From Alphaproteobacteria bacterium (GTDB lineage: Bacteria; Pseudomonadota; Alphaproteobacteria; UBA7887): a stretch of 64,000 nt of DNA. The DNA lies in contig CBDCGL010000011.1 in NCBI GenBank assembly GCA_965216755.1, positions 3,296,001 through 3,360,000 of the forward strand, written 5' to 3'. The translations under genes and the position numbers were made by a program. The notes beneath the pieces are model-generated. The model made no database searches, was not told the DNA's origin, and saw only the letters and a list, made by a program, of their open reading frames with translations. Below are positions 23,001 to 34,041 of this stretch, piece by piece; the stretch's first letter is position 1; each line of letters opens with the position of its first letter.

Positions 23001-24836
23001 TTGCTTTCGCCGCACATCAAATTACAGGCTGCGTTCAACCATCTTCACATATTTGTCGACCCTGATCCCGAACCGGCTGGGAGTTTTGCCGAGCGCAAAC
23101 GGTTGTTCGAACTGACGCGTTCGTCGTGGAGTGACTACGATACCGCACTCATTTCGACGGGTGGCGGTGTATTCGACCGCAAGGCGAAGGCGATATCCCT
23201 GAGCGCAGAAATGCAAAAGCTGGTTGGCGCCACGAAAGAGTCGATGACACCAAACGAGTTCATTTCCGCTTTGCTCAGGGCGCCGGTGGATCTGTTGTGG
23301 AACGGCGGCATCGGCACCTATGTCAAGGCGCACGACGAAAGCGATGCACAGGTTGGCGACCGCGCCAATGATGCGTTGCGCGTCGACGCGCGTGACCTGC
23401 GCTGTCGTGTCATTGGCGAAGGCGGCAATTTGGGGCTGACCCAACGCGCCCGAATCGAAGCAGCCAGCCGGGGCGTCAAGGTCAATACCGATGCGATCGA
23501 CAATTCGGCCGGTGTCGATTGCTCCGACCATGAAGTCAACATCAAGATCTTGCTGGGTGAAATTGTCACCGCCGGCGATATGACCATGAAGCAGCGCGAC
23601 CAACTGTTGGTCGATATGACCGATGACGTGGCGGCTTCTTGTTTGCGCGACAATTATTTGCAAAGCCAAGGTATATCGGTGATTGAAAGCCAAGGCGCGG
23701 AACGGTTGGCTTATCAGGCGCGCCTGATGCAATCGATGGAACGTGCGGGGTTACTTGATCGCGCGATCGAGTTCCTGCCCGACTCGGAAGAAATCGAAGA
23801 ACGTCGGGTGGCCAAACGCGGATTGACCCGTCCGGAGATCTCGGTGTTGTTCGCCTATGTCAAGAACGCGTTGTACGATGAGTTGCTGGCCTCGGATTTG
23901 CCGGACGATGCGTATTTGGAAGGCGATTTGATCGATTATTTCCCCAAGGCGTTGCGCAAGAAATACGCGCGCCGGATCAAGAGCCATCGCTTGCGGCGCG
24001 AGATCATTGCGACCCACGTTGCCAATAGCTTGATCAACCGGTCGAGCATGGTGTTCCCGCTGATGGCCGCCGAGCAAACCGGGCAAGCGGCGGCCAACGT
24101 GGCGCGCGCTTATGTGGTGACCCGCGAGGCGTTCGACCTGCGACGGTTCTGGGCCGACATCGACGGCCTGGACAATCATGTGCCCGCCGATGTGCAAACG
24201 CGCATGATCTTTGCCTTCCGCCGGTTGATGGAGCATGCTTGCCTGTGGTTCCTGCGCGAGCAACCACAGCCGATGGACAGCGCCGCCGTGATTGCGCGTT
24301 TCAAGCCGGGCATCAGCGAATTGTTGGGCATGCTCGACGATGTGCTGCCGTTGACGGCGCAACGCGATGTCGAATCGCGTGCAACGGCGCTCGGCGCCGA
24401 AGGGGTCCCGGACTCGCTGGCGCGCGTGGTCAGCGCTGTCAACGCACTCTATGGTGCCGTCGATATCGTCGAAGTGGCCAACGCCGCCAATCAAGACGTG
24501 CGGCAAACGGCGATGACATATTACGGTTTGGGGGATCGCTTAGGCTACGACTGGTTGCGTGCCGGCGCGCGCGACCTGAAGACCGAAAGCCATTGGCAGC
24601 GGCAAGCGGCGAACGCTCTGATCGACGATATCTATGCGCAACAACGGGCTTTGACCGCGCAAGTCATTGCCGACGGCGGCACCGGCGATGGTGCCATCGA
24701 AGCCTGGTTCGACGCCAAGCATGAGTCGGTCGAGGCGACCGAGCATCTGATGAGTGAAATGCGTTCCGCACGGTCGGTCGAACTTGCCATGCTGACCGTC
24801 GCCAGCGGCCGCATGCGCGCTTTGCTGTCGCGGTAA
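20007..24836 (+). CDS. gdhB: Large NAD-specific glutamate dehydrogenase
   Basis: 1609 aa; motifs RGGLRWSDR, VKNSVIVPVGAKGGF, DDPYLVVAADKGTATFSD, GVGDMSGDVFGNGM, NTDAIDNSAGVDCSDHEVNIKI. Confidence 0.95.
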   Translation: MEVRQRSAKDDLIGAVMQIAEQRVPEDRRAEAQLFIHQYYRRLPHEDLEGRSPEDLYFAALSMLNFIRTREAHHDKLRVYNPDIDADGWSSTHSVIDLVTGDRPFLVDSLTATLNQSDIAIYLVVHPNIRVRRSDKGVLEELYPPSLAAKEMRSEAVIRLEVSRHSDAESLAALEAKLQQVLSDVRIATSDWQHMQNQLEGALGELRETAKSANAADLDETVAFLDWLLDNHFTFLGYRSYDLAHADGGIAWQPREGESLGLLRDTAHWEHTEDSAPDRGVPQEVLAYLRSGGLLMITKTRRVSTVHRPVPMDSIGIKRFGPDGSVIGAHRFVGLFTSAAYNQSPTKIPLLRQKVAIAVARAGFQAASHDGKILTNILETYPRDELFQISDDELLEASLGVLHLQERPRIRLFVRRDSFERFVSCLVFVPRDRYDSSLRRVFSQILEDAFNGICDSFYAKLSDHPLAQLHIIVHTVAGQIPNFQVSDIEARIIAAARGWEDQFREALLVAHDEHLAAVLERRYGDAFPAGYRERFGVRHAVFDTERVEAAIAADKPELNLYRPPESPDNEARFKIYQPNIALPLSDVLPVLENMGLKVINEFPYRLAPSDGTAEVWIHDFGVKDRSDTTIDIAAVKAAFQDAFGQVWHGRVENDGFNRLIVRAGLSWRQIVILRAYCKYLRQAKIPFSQDYMEQTLTSQPRVARLLVEFFDCRFNPKTGSEERAGAIETEIIAALDDISNLDDDRIIRRYLNIIKATLRTNYYQSDADGTPKPYLSFKIDSAAVTDLPLPRPMAEIWVYAVGTEGVHLRGGPVARGGLRWSDRPEDFRTEVLGLMKAQMVKNSVIVPVGAKGGFVVKRPPVGADRETLMAEVVSCYRTFISGLLDITDNLVEGQVVPPQDLLRYDGDDPYLVVAADKGTATFSDIANETALAYGFWLGDAFASGGSAGYDHKKMGITARGAWESVKRHFREFGHDTQNAPFTVIGVGDMSGDVFGNGMLLSPHIKLQAAFNHLHIFVDPDPEPAGSFAERKRLFELTRSSWSDYDTALISTGGGVFDRKAKAISLSAEMQKLVGATKESMTPNEFISALLRAPVDLLWNGGIGTYVKAHDESDAQVGDRANDALRVDARDLRCRVIGEGGNLGLTQRARIEAASRGVKVNTDAIDNSAGVDCSDHEVNIKILLGEIVTAGDMTMKQRDQLLVDMTDDVAASCLRDNYLQSQGISVIESQGAERLAYQARLMQSMERAGLLDRAIEFLPDSEEIEERRVAKRGLTRPEISVLFAYVKNALYDELLASDLPDDAYLEGDLIDYFPKALRKKYARRIKSHRLRREIIATHVANSLINRSSMVFPLMAAEQTGQAAANVARAYVVTREAFDLRRFWADIDGLDNHVPADVQTRMIFAFRRLMEHACLWFLREQPQPMDSAAVIARFKPGISELLGMLDDVLPLTAQRDVESRATALGAEGVPDSLARVVSAVNALYGAVDIVEVANAANQDVRQTAMTYYGLGDRLGYDWLRAGARDLKTESHWQRQAANALIDDIYAQQRALTAQVIADGGTGDGAIEAWFDAKHESVEATEHLMSEMRSARSVELAMLTVASGRMRALLSR

Positions 24837-24961
24837 ACATCCCTTCACCCCTGGCGGGCGCCGGTGGCGCGCGCCCTGCGCGGCAGAATTGATTCAATAT
24901 TGTTGGTCACTGCTCTAAGGTCACCGGTCTGAGTATTGCGCCTATTGAAAGGGGGCGGCGG

Positions 24962-26290
24962 ATGCGGCAGGGGCGTGAACGGGCGGCGCATCCGCCCATG
25001 GGCGCGGGTTGGCGGGGTGCCGCGGCATGGTGCCTGTTCGACTGGGCCAACTCGCCGTTCCCGACAGTGATCGTCACTTTCGTTTTTGGGGTCTATTTTC
25101 AGCGCGGCATCGTTGGCGACGAAGTGCGGGCGACCGCGCTTTGGGGCAACGCGCTGGCGGTGAGTGCATTCGTGGTTGCCGTGCTGGCGCCGTTTTTTGG
25201 CGCAGCCGCCGACGCCGCCGGCCGGCGCAAGCCTTGGCTGTTGGCATGCGCGATGGTCACCATTGTGGCGACTGCGGGCCTATGGACCGCGACGCCGGTT
25301 CCGGAATCGATTTGGCGCACGCTGATATTGGTGGCGGTGGCCAACATAGGTTTCGAACTCGGCATGGTGTTTTACAATGCCATGTTGCCGGATCTGGCGC
25401 CGGCCGACCGCGTCGGCCGATTGTCAGGCTGGGCTTGGGGCCTTGGATATTTCGGCGGTCTGGCTTGTTTGGTCGTGACGCTGTTTGGCCTGGTCCAAAC
25501 CGATACGCCGCCATTTGGTCTCGACCCGGCAGAGGCCGAGCCAGTGCGCGCGGCTGCCATTTTGGTCGCGGTGTGGTTTGTAGTTTTCGGCTGGCCGATG
25601 TTTGCGTTTACGCCGGACCGACCCGACCAGGGTCTCGGTTTGTCCAAGGCGTTGGCGCAAGGGTGGCGGCGGCTTGGCACCGGCATCGCCTATCTGCGGC
25701 AAGCCCCCAACATGCTGCGGTTCTTGATCGCGCGCATGATTTATATCGATGGCTTGAACACCCTGTTCGCCTTTGGCGGCATTTATGCGGCGGGCAGTTT
25801 CGGCATGGAAATGATCGAAGTGCTGCAATTCGGAATCGCATTAAATATCGCGGCCGGGATCGGCGCCGTCGGCTTCGCCTGGGTCGACGATTGGATCGGT
25901 GCCAAGCGAACCATCGTCATTTCATTGTTGTGTTTGATTGGCCTGGGCGTGGCGATCTTGTCGGTGGAAAGCAAGGTGCTGTTTTGGGGTCTTGGTCTGG
26001 CGATCGGAATTTTCATGGGCCCTGTGCAGTCGGCGAGTCGCTCGCTGATGGCGCGACTGGCGCCGGAAGAGTTGTGCACCGAAATGTTCGGCGTGTTTGC
26101 CTTGACCGGCAAGGCGACCGCGTTTGTCGGGCCGTGGTTGGTTGGCGCGTTGACCGTGTTGGGCGACAGCCAACGCGTCGGCATGGCCAGCATCGTGGTG
26201 TTTTTCGCGGTCGGTTTGGTGTTGCTTTTGTCGGTGGTCGAACCGGATGCCGGCCAGCGCGCTAGTGTCGGAAGTGGCGAACGCCCGTGA
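24962..26290 (+). CDS. MFS transporter (UMF1/Atg22-like)
   Basis: Motifs [44 protein letters not shown]; about 12 TM helices. Start may be 24998. Confidence 0.88.
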   Translation: MRQGRERAAHPPMGAGWRGAAAWCLFDWANSPFPTVIVTFVFGVYFQRGIVGDEVRATALWGNALAVSAFVVAVLAPFFGAAADAAGRRKPWLLACAMVTIVATAGLWTATPVPESIWRTLILVAVANIGFELGMVFYNAMLPDLAPADRVGRLSGWAWGLGYFGGLACLVVTLFGLVQTDTPPFGLDPAEAEPVRAAAILVAVWFVVFGWPMFAFTPDRPDQGLGLSKALAQGWRRLGTGIAYLRQAPNMLRFLIARMIYIDGLNTLFAFGGIYAAGSFGMEMIEVLQFGIALNIAAGIGAVGFAWVDDWIGAKRTIVISLLCLIGLGVAILSVESKVLFWGLGLAIGIFMGPVQSASRSLMARLAPEELCTEMFGVFALTGKATAFVGPWLVGALTVLGDSQRVGMASIVVFFAVGLVLLLSVVEPDAGQRASVGSGERP

Positions 26291-27842
26291 ACACCATGGC
26301 GATGTCGCGCGCGTCGGCGGCGGCAATCACCTCGTCGTCGCGCACCGATCCGCCGGGTTGAATGATCGCCGTGGCGCCGGCGTCGGCGGCGGCGATCAAG
26401 CCGTCGGCAAATGGGAAGAACGCATCTGAGGCGACCACGGAATCGCGCGTGCGCGCGCCTGTTTCACCAGCCGCGCTGGCCGCGTCTGCTGCTTTCAGCG
26501 CGGCAATTCGGGTGGAATCGACGCGACTCATTTGGCCCGCGCCGATGCCGACGGTGGCGCCGTCGCGGGCAAACACGATGGCGTTTGACTTGACATGTTT
26601 GCAGACAGTGAAGGCGAAGCGCATGGTTTCGATTTCCGCGTCGGTTGGGGCGCGTTTGCTGACCACACGCAGGTCGTCATGTGCCAGCCGGTGATGATCG
26701 CCGTCTTGCACCAATAGGCCGCCGGCGACGGCCTTGACGACAGTTGCCACCGCCGGATCAGGCATCGAGCCGGTCAACAACAGACGCAGGTTCTTCTTTT
26801 CGGCGAACACGGCACGCGCGTTGTCGTCGGCCGCCGGCGCGATGACGACTTCGGTGAATATTCCGGTGATGGCGGCGGCGGTGGCGCCATCCAATGGGCG
26901 ATTGACCGCGACGATACCCCCAAATGCACTGACCGGATCGCAGGCGTGGGCACGGGCGTAGGCATCGGCAAGCGTCGCACCGATGGCGACGCCGCACGGA
27001 TTGGCGTGTTTGACGATCACCGTTGCCGGCTGTTCGAATTCGGCGGCCAGCGCAAATGCCGCGTCGGTATCGTTGATATTGTTGTAGCTCAGCTCTTTGC
27101 CTTGCACTTGTTCGGCCGTGGCGACACTCGGCTGGGCGCGGTCGGACACATAAAACGCGGCGCGTTGATGGGGGTTTTCGCCATAACGCAAGTCTTGTCG
27201 GCGGCTGCCGCCGAACGCCACATGGCGCGGAAACGGTTCGCCGACTTGGGCACTGAACCAGCCACTGACCGCCGCATCATAAGCGGCCGTGCGCGCGTAG
27301 GCGGCCGCCGCCAGGAGACGGCGCAAATCCGCGCTGATGGCACCGCCGCGGGCGGTGAGTTCGTCAAGCACCGTTTGATAGTCCGCCGGGTCGGTGACCA
27401 CGGTCACGAAGGCATGGTTCTTTGCGGCCGCGCGGATCAATGCCGGGCCGCCAATGTCGATATTCTCGATACACGCAGCGAAATCGCCACCACCTGCGAC
27501 GGTGTTCTCGAACGGGTACAAATTGACGACCACCAAATCGATCGTCGGCACGTCATGTGCCAGCAAAGCATCTTGGTGCGACGCCATGTCGCGGCGCGCC
27601 AGGATGCCGCCATGGATGGATGGGTGCAGCGTCTTCACGCGCCCGTCGAGAATCTCCGGGAATCCGGTGACGCGCGCAACGTCTTGCACCGCAACTCCGG
27701 CTTCGGCCAATTGTCGCGCCGAACCGCCGGTTGAGATCAATTCAATGCCACGATCGGCAAGCGCGCGTGCAAAAGGAACCAGATCGCGCTTGTCGGACAC
27801 GGACAATAGCGCGCGCCGAATGATGGGGTCGGATGCCGTCAT
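26262..27842 (-). CDS. purH: Bifunctional AICAR transformylase / IMP cyclohydrolase
   Basis: Motifs [66 protein letters not shown]. Confidence 0.98.
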   Translation of the reverse strand: MTASDPIIRRALLSVSDKRDLVPFARALADRGIELISTGGSARQLAEAGVAVQDVARVTGFPEILDGRVKTLHPSIHGGILARRDMASHQDALLAHDVPTIDLVVVNLYPFENTVAGGGDFAACIENIDIGGPALIRAAAKNHAFVTVVTDPADYQTVLDELTARGGAISADLRRLLAAAAYARTAAYDAAVSGWFSAQVGEPFPRHVAFGGSRRQDLRYGENPHQRAAFYVSDRAQPSVATAEQVQGKELSYNNINDTDAAFALAAEFEQPATVIVKHANPCGVAIGATLADAYARAHACDPVSAFGGIVAVNRPLDGATAAAITGIFTEVVIAPAADDNARAVFAEKKNLRLLLTGSMPDPAVATVVKAVAGGLLVQDGDHHRLAHDDLRVVSKRAPTDAEIETMRFAFTVCKHVKSNAIVFARDGATVGIGAGQMSRVDSTRIAALKAADAASAAGETGARTRDSVVASDAFFPFADGLIAAADAGATAIIQPGGSVRDDEVIAAADARDIAMVFTGVRHFRH

Positions 27843-27879
27843 AAGCCAAACGCCTTGGTCATTCGTGAAGGTGGCGACT

Positions 27880-29784
27880 TTATTGGACCGCCGAAACAGG
27901 TTCGTCGTCGCCGCGATGGTATTCCGGCACCAACAGGGTCAATAGACCTAAGGCGGCATCGACTCGCCGGTGACGGGCATGCGCTTCCAGTTCCTCCAAC
28001 CGTCGCTCCAGGAGTTCGGCATCGGCGGCCCTTGGCGTCGCGAACCGGATCGACTCGTGCGGCGTCGGTTGTAGCGTCTCGCTCTCGTGAAAAAGTTGCT
28101 CATGCAATTTCTCGCCGGGCCGCAAACCGACATAGCTGATGCCGACGTCGACACCCGGACGTAGTCCGGCGAGGCGTATCATCTGGCGCGCCAGGTCATC
28201 AATCCGCAGCGGCGCGCCCATCTCCAACACAAAGATGCCGCGGCCATGACCCGCACCGCCTAGGCCCATGGCCGTTGCTTGCAAGACCAGCTCAACCGCC
28301 TCACGTGTGGTCATGAAATAGCGCGTCATCTCGGGATGGGTCACGGTCAAGGGCCCACCGGCGGCAAGTTGCTTTTGGAACAGTGGCACGACCGAGCCGG
28401 TCGAGCCCAAGACATTGCCGAAGCGCACCGTGACAAAACGCGTCTCGGTGTCGGCGACACCATCCAGGGCTTGGCAATAGCTTTCGGCGAGGCGCTTGGT
28501 CGCGCCCATGACGCTGCTGGGATTGACGGCCTTGTCGGTTGAGATCAGCAACATCGCCGCCACGCCGGCGGCGCGGCTGGCGGCGGCGACGTTGCGCGTG
28601 CCGATCACGTTGGTCAGCACGCTTTCGCAGATATTGGTTTCGGCGATCGGGACATGTTTGATCGCCGCGGCGTGCAAGACCAAATCCGGTGATTCCTGGG
28701 CAAACAATTGCCGCAAACGGCCAGAATCGCGGACATCACCCAACACGGCACGGCGCGATAGACCGGCGGCGCGGGCCGCGATCTCTTGGTCGATCTGGTA
28801 TAGGTTGAATTCGGCGTTATCGAGCAGAACCACGCGTTTGGGACCGTAGCCAACCACTTGACGGGTCAACTCGCCGCCGATCGTGCCGCCAGCGCCGGTT
28901 ACCAAAATACAACGACCGCCGATGAGGCGCGCCATGGCGTCACGGTCCAGGCGCACCTGCGGGCGGCCAAGCAAGTCTTCGATGGCCACTGGCTTGATCT
29001 CAAGTTTGGCGCCGCCTTCGGCGCGGAAATCGGTAAGCCGTGGCAGCCGCGCCAGGGTCATGCCATGGGCATCGGCGGTTTCCAGCAGGCGGCCCACCGT
29101 GGCGCCGTCGGCATGGGGGTCCGATATCAACAACCGGCGCGGAGGATGGCCTTTGCGCCTGAGCTTGCGCAGCTGATCGTCGAGCGTGTCGGGCGTGCCG
29201 AGCACCGGGACGCCGTGAATATGTCGCCCGGTGGCGCGGGGGTCGTCATCGACCAAACCAACCACCCGATAGCGTTGACCAGGCCGCTGCATTTCGCGCA
29301 AGAACAGTTCCGCCATGTCGCCGGCGCCGATTAGCACCACCGGTACGCGCTGGTCAAAGGTCGGATCGGCAATACCGGTCAAATTGCCATCCTTGAGCAA
29401 CCGGTAGGCAAGCCGCGGCCCGCCCAGCAGCAAAACCAAAACCAGCCAATTGATCGCCAGGGTCGAGCGCGGCATGGCGTCCAGTCGGGTCAACAAAAAC
29501 ATGCCGAGCAGGAACACCAACATGATGATCGTCGCCGCCTTGGCGATGGCCATCAAGTCGTTGATCGAGGCATAGCGCCACACGCCGCGATACAGATGCA
29601 TGCCCGAAAAGACGGCGCCGCTGACCACGGTGAAAATCACCGTGCCTTCCCACAAAAAGCCCTGGGTTTGGTTCCAGAACTCGTCGCCCAGGCGAAGATA
29701 AAGCGACAGCACAAAGGATGCCGCGGCCATGACCAAATCATGAACCGCGGCCGCCCGCCGTCTGTCGAAACGAATGGCCATCAT
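27880..29784 (-). CDS. Membrane-bound UDP-GlcNAc 4,6-dehydratase (CapD/PglF/WbpM family)
   Basis: Four N-terminal TM helices; [62 protein letters not shown]. Start MMAIRF. Confidence 0.93.
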   Translation of the reverse strand: MMAIRFDRRRAAAVHDLVMAAASFVLSLYLRLGDEFWNQTQGFLWEGTVIFTVVSGAVFSGMHLYRGVWRYASINDLMAIAKAATIIMLVFLLGMFLLTRLDAMPRSTLAINWLVLVLLLGGPRLAYRLLKDGNLTGIADPTFDQRVPVVLIGAGDMAELFLREMQRPGQRYRVVGLVDDDPRATGRHIHGVPVLGTPDTLDDQLRKLRRKGHPPRRLLISDPHADGATVGRLLETADAHGMTLARLPRLTDFRAEGGAKLEIKPVAIEDLLGRPQVRLDRDAMARLIGGRCILVTGAGGTIGGELTRQVVGYGPKRVVLLDNAEFNLYQIDQEIAARAAGLSRRAVLGDVRDSGRLRQLFAQESPDLVLHAAAIKHVPIAETNICESVLTNVIGTRNVAAASRAAGVAAMLLISTDKAVNPSSVMGATKRLAESYCQALDGVADTETRFVTVRFGNVLGSTGSVVPLFQKQLAAGGPLTVTHPEMTRYFMTTREAVELVLQATAMGLGGAGHGRGIFVLEMGAPLRIDDLARQMIRLAGLRPGVDVGISYVGLRPGEKLHEQLFHESETLQPTPHESIRFATPRAADAELLERRLEELEAHARHRRVDAALGLLTLLVPEYHRGDDEPVSAVQ

Positions 29785-29843
29785 GTGTTGTCGGGCGTCT
29801 TTTCGTGTCGTGTCAATATCTGGTGCGTCACGGCGGGAATCAC

Positions 29844-30860
29844 TCAAGGTGTTGGCGCCCGTGCGGCGCGCTGAAGGTACCATAACAATCCGGCGACCAA
29901 CACCGCGCTGATGCATCCAGCCGCAACCATGACCGGCAAGGTGCCATGGGCGGTCGCCGCGGCGGCGCAGCCGATCAGTCCAAGATTGACCCACGCCACG
30001 CGGCGGCTGACCGCGGCATGGCTGAGGCCACCTTGAACCGCGCGCTGATAGAAATGTTCGCGGTGGGCACGCCAGACTGCCTGACCGCGGTGGGCGCGCG
30101 CGCCGAGCGTGAGGGTCGCGTCGGCCCAATAGTAGGCCGGCACGATCAGCGCCGGCAGCCAGTGGCCGCGCGCCGCCAAGTCGAGCACGATCCAACCCAA
30201 AACAAAGCCAAGCGGAATGCTGCCGACATCGCCCAAAAAAATGCGCGCCGGATGCCAATTCCAATGGACGAAACCGATCGCGGCGGCGGCGACCAACAGA
30301 TGGAACAGGATATGATCGGACGAGGCACCAGCGAGCGCCAGAACCACGGCCGCGCCCAGGGCCACGGATGTGGTTTCAACGGCGGCGAGACCGTCGATGC
30401 CGTCCATGAAATTGAACAGATTTAGAAACCAAACCCACAATACGCCCGCCACAAGCGCATCGAGCGCCGCGGGCAACAGGCCTTGAAAAACCGGGCCAAG
30501 CGGCTGCAACCACAGCACAAGACCAATGATCACAATGTGGCTGGCCAGGCGCAGCCAGGGCGGCAGCTCGCGCACGTCATCAAGCCATGACAGAATCGCC
30601 AGAATCGCCGCGCCAACCACCAAATAGGGGATCATGGCCGGCGCGTGCCAGCCCAACGACAGACTCACCAGGGCACAGGCCAGAACCGCCATGACAACGG
30701 CCAGACCGGCTCCGCGCGGCGTTGGCCTGGTGTGACTGGAGCGCGCGTTGGGATGGTCCAGCACCGCGCCGCGGATTAAAACGCGCGCCAAAAGTGCGGT
30801 GCCCGCCGCCGACAAGGCCGCGCACAACACGACAATCGCGGTGAGGGCAAGGTCCGACAT
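29844..30860 (-). CDS. Polyprenyl-phosphate sugar-1-phosphate transferase (MraY/WecA/WbpL family)
   Basis: Motifs DHPNARSSH..PTPRGAG, NLFNFMDGIDG, NWHPARIFLGDVGS, AHREHFYQR. Confidence 0.92.
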   Translation of the reverse strand: MSDLALTAIVVLCAALSAAGTALLARVLIRGAVLDHPNARSSHTRPTPRGAGLAVVMAVLACALVSLSLGWHAPAMIPYLVVGAAILAILSWLDDVRELPPWLRLASHIVIIGLVLWLQPLGPVFQGLLPAALDALVAGVLWVWFLNLFNFMDGIDGLAAVETTSVALGAAVVLALAGASSDHILFHLLVAAAAIGFVHWNWHPARIFLGDVGSIPLGFVLGWIVLDLAARGHWLPALIVPAYYWADATLTLGARAHRGQAVWRAHREHFYQRAVQGGLSHAAVSRRVAWVNLGLIGCAAAATAHGTLPVMVAAGCISAVLVAGLLWYLQRAARAPTP

Positions 30861-30867
30861 GTTGCGA

Positions 30868-32340
30868 CTACCCCTGCAAACGCGACGTGGTCGGTACGTC
30901 CGCTGTCGGGTCGGCGCGCCGCCCCGGCGCCGCCCACGCCATGGCAAACAGCACAATCAGTGCCGGCTCGGCTGGATGACGGTATTTCGCCGATGCGATC
31001 GGCCCGTTGATCGCCAGCACATAGCCAATCCAGGCGACCAGAACGAACGCCGCTGCGCGAGCAAGGCGATCACCACGCAGCAATGTCCACAGGCCCCAAA
31101 GCTGAATGACACGGACGATGCCGACACCCAGCGCGCTGAGCAGCAATACCCATCCGTACAGTGGATTGTCATTGCGAAACAAAAACGCGAACACCTTCTC
31201 GCCTTTTGACGTGCCGGGCGTGTCATAGAAGCCGGTGCGTGGCAAACCGCGCACCGGTGGCGACAAGATAATTGCCGGAGCGCCGAGATTGATAGCGGCG
31301 CCAAACGCATAGGCCTTTGCGACCGCGCGCGCGCCATAGTCGACCAGCGTGCGCAACGCGAGATCCGTTTTGGCACGACTCTCCCGCAACGGGTTGCGCG
31401 GCGCGTCCACCTGGTCCACCCGGGCGCGGGCTTCCAGCGTCGCATTCAGGGCGGCTGCGGAGACGTCATGGGGCGTGCCATCGATTGTTTCCCGCACCAA
31501 AGGCACGACCCAAAGCAGAAAGTGATCACCGCCCTGGCTGGATAGGCTGTAGCTGCCGAACATGTCGTGGTTGCGTTGCGCAATTGGGGTCACAGCAATT
31601 ATCAGGGCGATGCCGATCGCGGCCAACGCGGGCCAAACGCGGCGACTGAATCGGCCCGCGATTATGACGGCTATCAGCATGACGATCGGCAAGGCGAGCG
31701 CCCACGGAAACGCCATCGCGCGCACCAATATCGCGCCGCCGATGGCGCCGCCCAAGGCCAAGGCGTGGTACAGGCGTGGCCGCGTCAGATAGCGCAGCGC
31801 GCACCACAACATCAACGCACAACAAAAGGTGAAAAGGGTTTCTGTCAGCAGCAGACCGCCAATAACGATCTGGGTCGGATTGAAGACCGCCGCCAGCCCG
31901 GCCACGAGTCCGGTGCGCGCCGACAGCAGCGCGGCGCTGCTGGCGATGATGACGCATGTCAAACTATCGATAATGCCTTGGCCAAGCACCGGCACAAGGT
32001 GGTTCGCGTCTCCAAATACCCGCATGAGGGCAACCAAGAACCAGAAATAGGCCGGCATGTAGCTGGTGTCGGGAAGGCTGGCGGTGCCCGCCATGATCGG
32101 ATAAGCAGCCCCAGTTTCGCGCATCAACCGTGCGGCGGCGATATAAGCGCCCGAATCCTCGATCGACAAACCAGCATCACCCAGGCCGATGTAAAGGACC
32201 AAGCTATACGTCCATCGGACAGCCAGGGCACCGCAAAAAATCAACAACAAAGGATGTCGGGCCATCAGAGTCGCGGCCCATGGACTCACGCCGCGCGCGC
32301 ATCTATTCGGTGTTGTTGGTTGTGAGGAAACGGAAGACAT
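30868..32340 (-). CDS. GT-C fold membrane glycosyltransferase (ArnT/GT39-like)
   Basis: Polytopic membrane protein with EDSGAY in the first loop, YMPAY, LLTETLF and KYRHPAEP. Start uncertain (32340 or 32265). Confidence 0.72.
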   Translation of the reverse strand: MSSVSSQPTTPNRCARGVSPWAATLMARHPLLLIFCGALAVRWTYSLVLYIGLGDAGLSIEDSGAYIAAARLMRETGAAYPIMAGTASLPDTSYMPAYFWFLVALMRVFGDANHLVPVLGQGIIDSLTCVIIASSAALLSARTGLVAGLAAVFNPTQIVIGGLLLTETLFTFCCALMLWCALRYLTRPRLYHALALGGAIGGAILVRAMAFPWALALPIVMLIAVIIAGRFSRRVWPALAAIGIALIIAVTPIAQRNHDMFGSYSLSSQGGDHFLLWVVPLVRETIDGTPHDVSAAALNATLEARARVDQVDAPRNPLRESRAKTDLALRTLVDYGARAVAKAYAFGAAINLGAPAIILSPPVRGLPRTGFYDTPGTSKGEKVFAFLFRNDNPLYGWVLLLSALGVGIVRVIQLWGLWTLLRGDRLARAAAFVLVAWIGYVLAINGPIASAKYRHPAEPALIVLFAMAWAAPGRRADPTADVPTTSRLQG

Positions 32341-32550
32341 GGGTTGGCTCTGATGTACCCGATCGCCAGCCATCCGAACAGGGGGGCCGCCACGTGGATT
32401 ACATTGTGTCGGATGGCGCGTGCCGCGCGTGATTTATGTTCTTCGTCATTTCCTGGTTACTCATGGCTCCGATTTATGCCTCTATGTCGATGCATAGAGT
32501 TTCTTCAGACATTTGACTGTTGCTATAGCCCCGCATGACATTGCTTGCTG

Positions 32551-34041
32551 CTAGACGGTTTTCATTTTGCGCCAAGCTAAGAGGACCATGCGAATCAAGA
32601 GCCAGCCATCGCGAAACCTAGAGATTTGTGTTTCCCCATAGGAACGTGCCAAGTAACGAATAGGAACTTCTACGATTTTCAAATTCATTTTCGCTGCGCC
32701 AAGGATCAAATCGAAATCTCCGAAAGGATCTAGGGCACCGAAATAGGAACGCTGCGCGGAAAGACGATCATAGTGTTCTTTGGTCAGCGCTTTCGTGCCG
32801 CACAATGTATCTGTCAGCCTTTGATTCAACAGCCATGAAAACAAACGAGAAAATGTTCGATTCGCAAGCAAATTAAGGAACCGCATGGCATAGGTATCCA
32901 TCGGATAAACCAATCGCGTGCCATTGACAAAATTTCCTTTTCCCGAAACCAAGGCATCATAAAACTTCGGTAAATCTTCTGGTGGGACCGTCAGGTCCGC
33001 ATCCAATATGATCAAGATATCTCCGTTTGCATTGGCGAAACCCTTGCGCACGGCGTCGCCTTTGCCATGCCCGTCCTGCCGCAAGACGCGAATGTTCCAT
33101 TGCGGATAGGCATCGATGACGCGTTCGATTTCTTCGTATGTGCCGTCTGTCGAATTGCCCTCGACAAACAGGATTTCCAAGTCGCGGCAAAAGCGCGGCA
33201 TGCGGTGTACGGCTTGTTCGATATTGCCGCGTTCGTTGCGGCACGGCACCAACACGGTCGCGGATGGTTGGCCCAAGGCGACGTCGCGCAGCGGACGCGC
33301 GACAATGTAGTTGCGCAACGAAAGGCGGCGCAACCCCGGCAGCGGCCCCAGAAAACGGTTGATTATCGCACCCAGTCCGAATAGCCGTTTCGGCACCAAT
33401 TGCCGCCACTCGCGCTTGATGACTTCAAAGTCGGCCAGCCGAAGCAGCCCTTCCATATCGGCCGTCGACAGCCAATTCTGTGGCGCTTGTTGTTGCTTTG
33501 CGCCGACTCTCGCCGCAGCGATCAAAATCGGCTCCCAAAGCCGCGAGTAATAGGACACGATCAGCCGGGTTTCGCGTGTGCACAGGCCGTGCAGAGCCTC
33601 CAACGTCGATTCGATATCTTCCAAGCTGCCGATGGTGTCGGACAGAATTATGATGTCAAACGGGCCGCGCACCGCGGCCAACACCTGCGGATCCTCGATA
33701 TCGCCGCAAATGAATTCGAACTCAGGATGATCGGCTTGCGCGCGCGCGATGGTCTTGCGGCTTAGGTCGACACCGACGCCGCGCATCGGCTTAACGGCGG
33801 CGAGCAAACCGCCGGTGCCACAGCCCAAATCCAAGACACGCGCGCCCTCGGGCACCAAAAAACGCATATAGGCATAATGGTTGTCATAGTAAAAACGGTT
33901 GCGCGCGATCCATTGTGAGCGTACCGGCGCAATTTGATCGGCAAGCGCTTGGATTGTAGCCTTGCGTTGCGACAGCGGCCGCGACACGGCGATCGGCGAG
34001 GATGATGCGTGTGCCTGGGCTTGCGACCTTGCACTCCTCAT
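32551..34041 (-). CDS. Class I SAM-methyltransferase-like / GT2 glycosyltransferase fusion
   Basis: N-terminal VLDLGCGTG; C-terminal VLVPCRNERGNI, GKGDAVRKGF, ILDADLTV, DTLCGTK, DPFGDFDL. ATG overlaps the upstream stop. Confidence 0.88.
   Translation of the reverse strand: MRSARSQAQAHASSSPIAVSRPLSQRKATIQALADQIAPVRSQWIARNRFYYDNHYAYMRFLVPEGARVLDLGCGTGGLLAAVKPMRGVGVDLSRKTIARAQADHPEFEFICGDIEDPQVLAAVRGPFDIIILSDTIGSLEDIESTLEALHGLCTRETRLIVSYYSRLWEPILIAAARVGAKQQQAPQNWLSTADMEGLLRLADFEVIKREWRQLVPKRLFGLGAIINRFLGPLPGLRRLSLRNYIVARPLRDVALGQPSATVLVPCRNERGNIEQAVHRMPRFCRDLEILFVEGNSTDGTYEEIERVIDAYPQWNIRVLRQDGHGKGDAVRKGFANANGDILIILDADLTVPPEDLPKFYDALVSGKGNFVNGTRLVYPMDTYAMRFLNLLANRTFSRLFSWLLNQRLTDTLCGTKALTKEHYDRLSAQRSYFGALDPFGDFDLILGAAKMNLKIVEVPIRYLARSYGETQISRFRDGWLLIRMVLLAWRKMKTV

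Noticed and set aside
29785-30264. Long N-terminal extensions in the ORF track (CapD-like to 30264, GST to 17496, GS to 1902, synthase 2 from 57708)
   Set aside because: The extensions overlap neighbouring real genes; downstream starts have an RBS or stop/start coupling.
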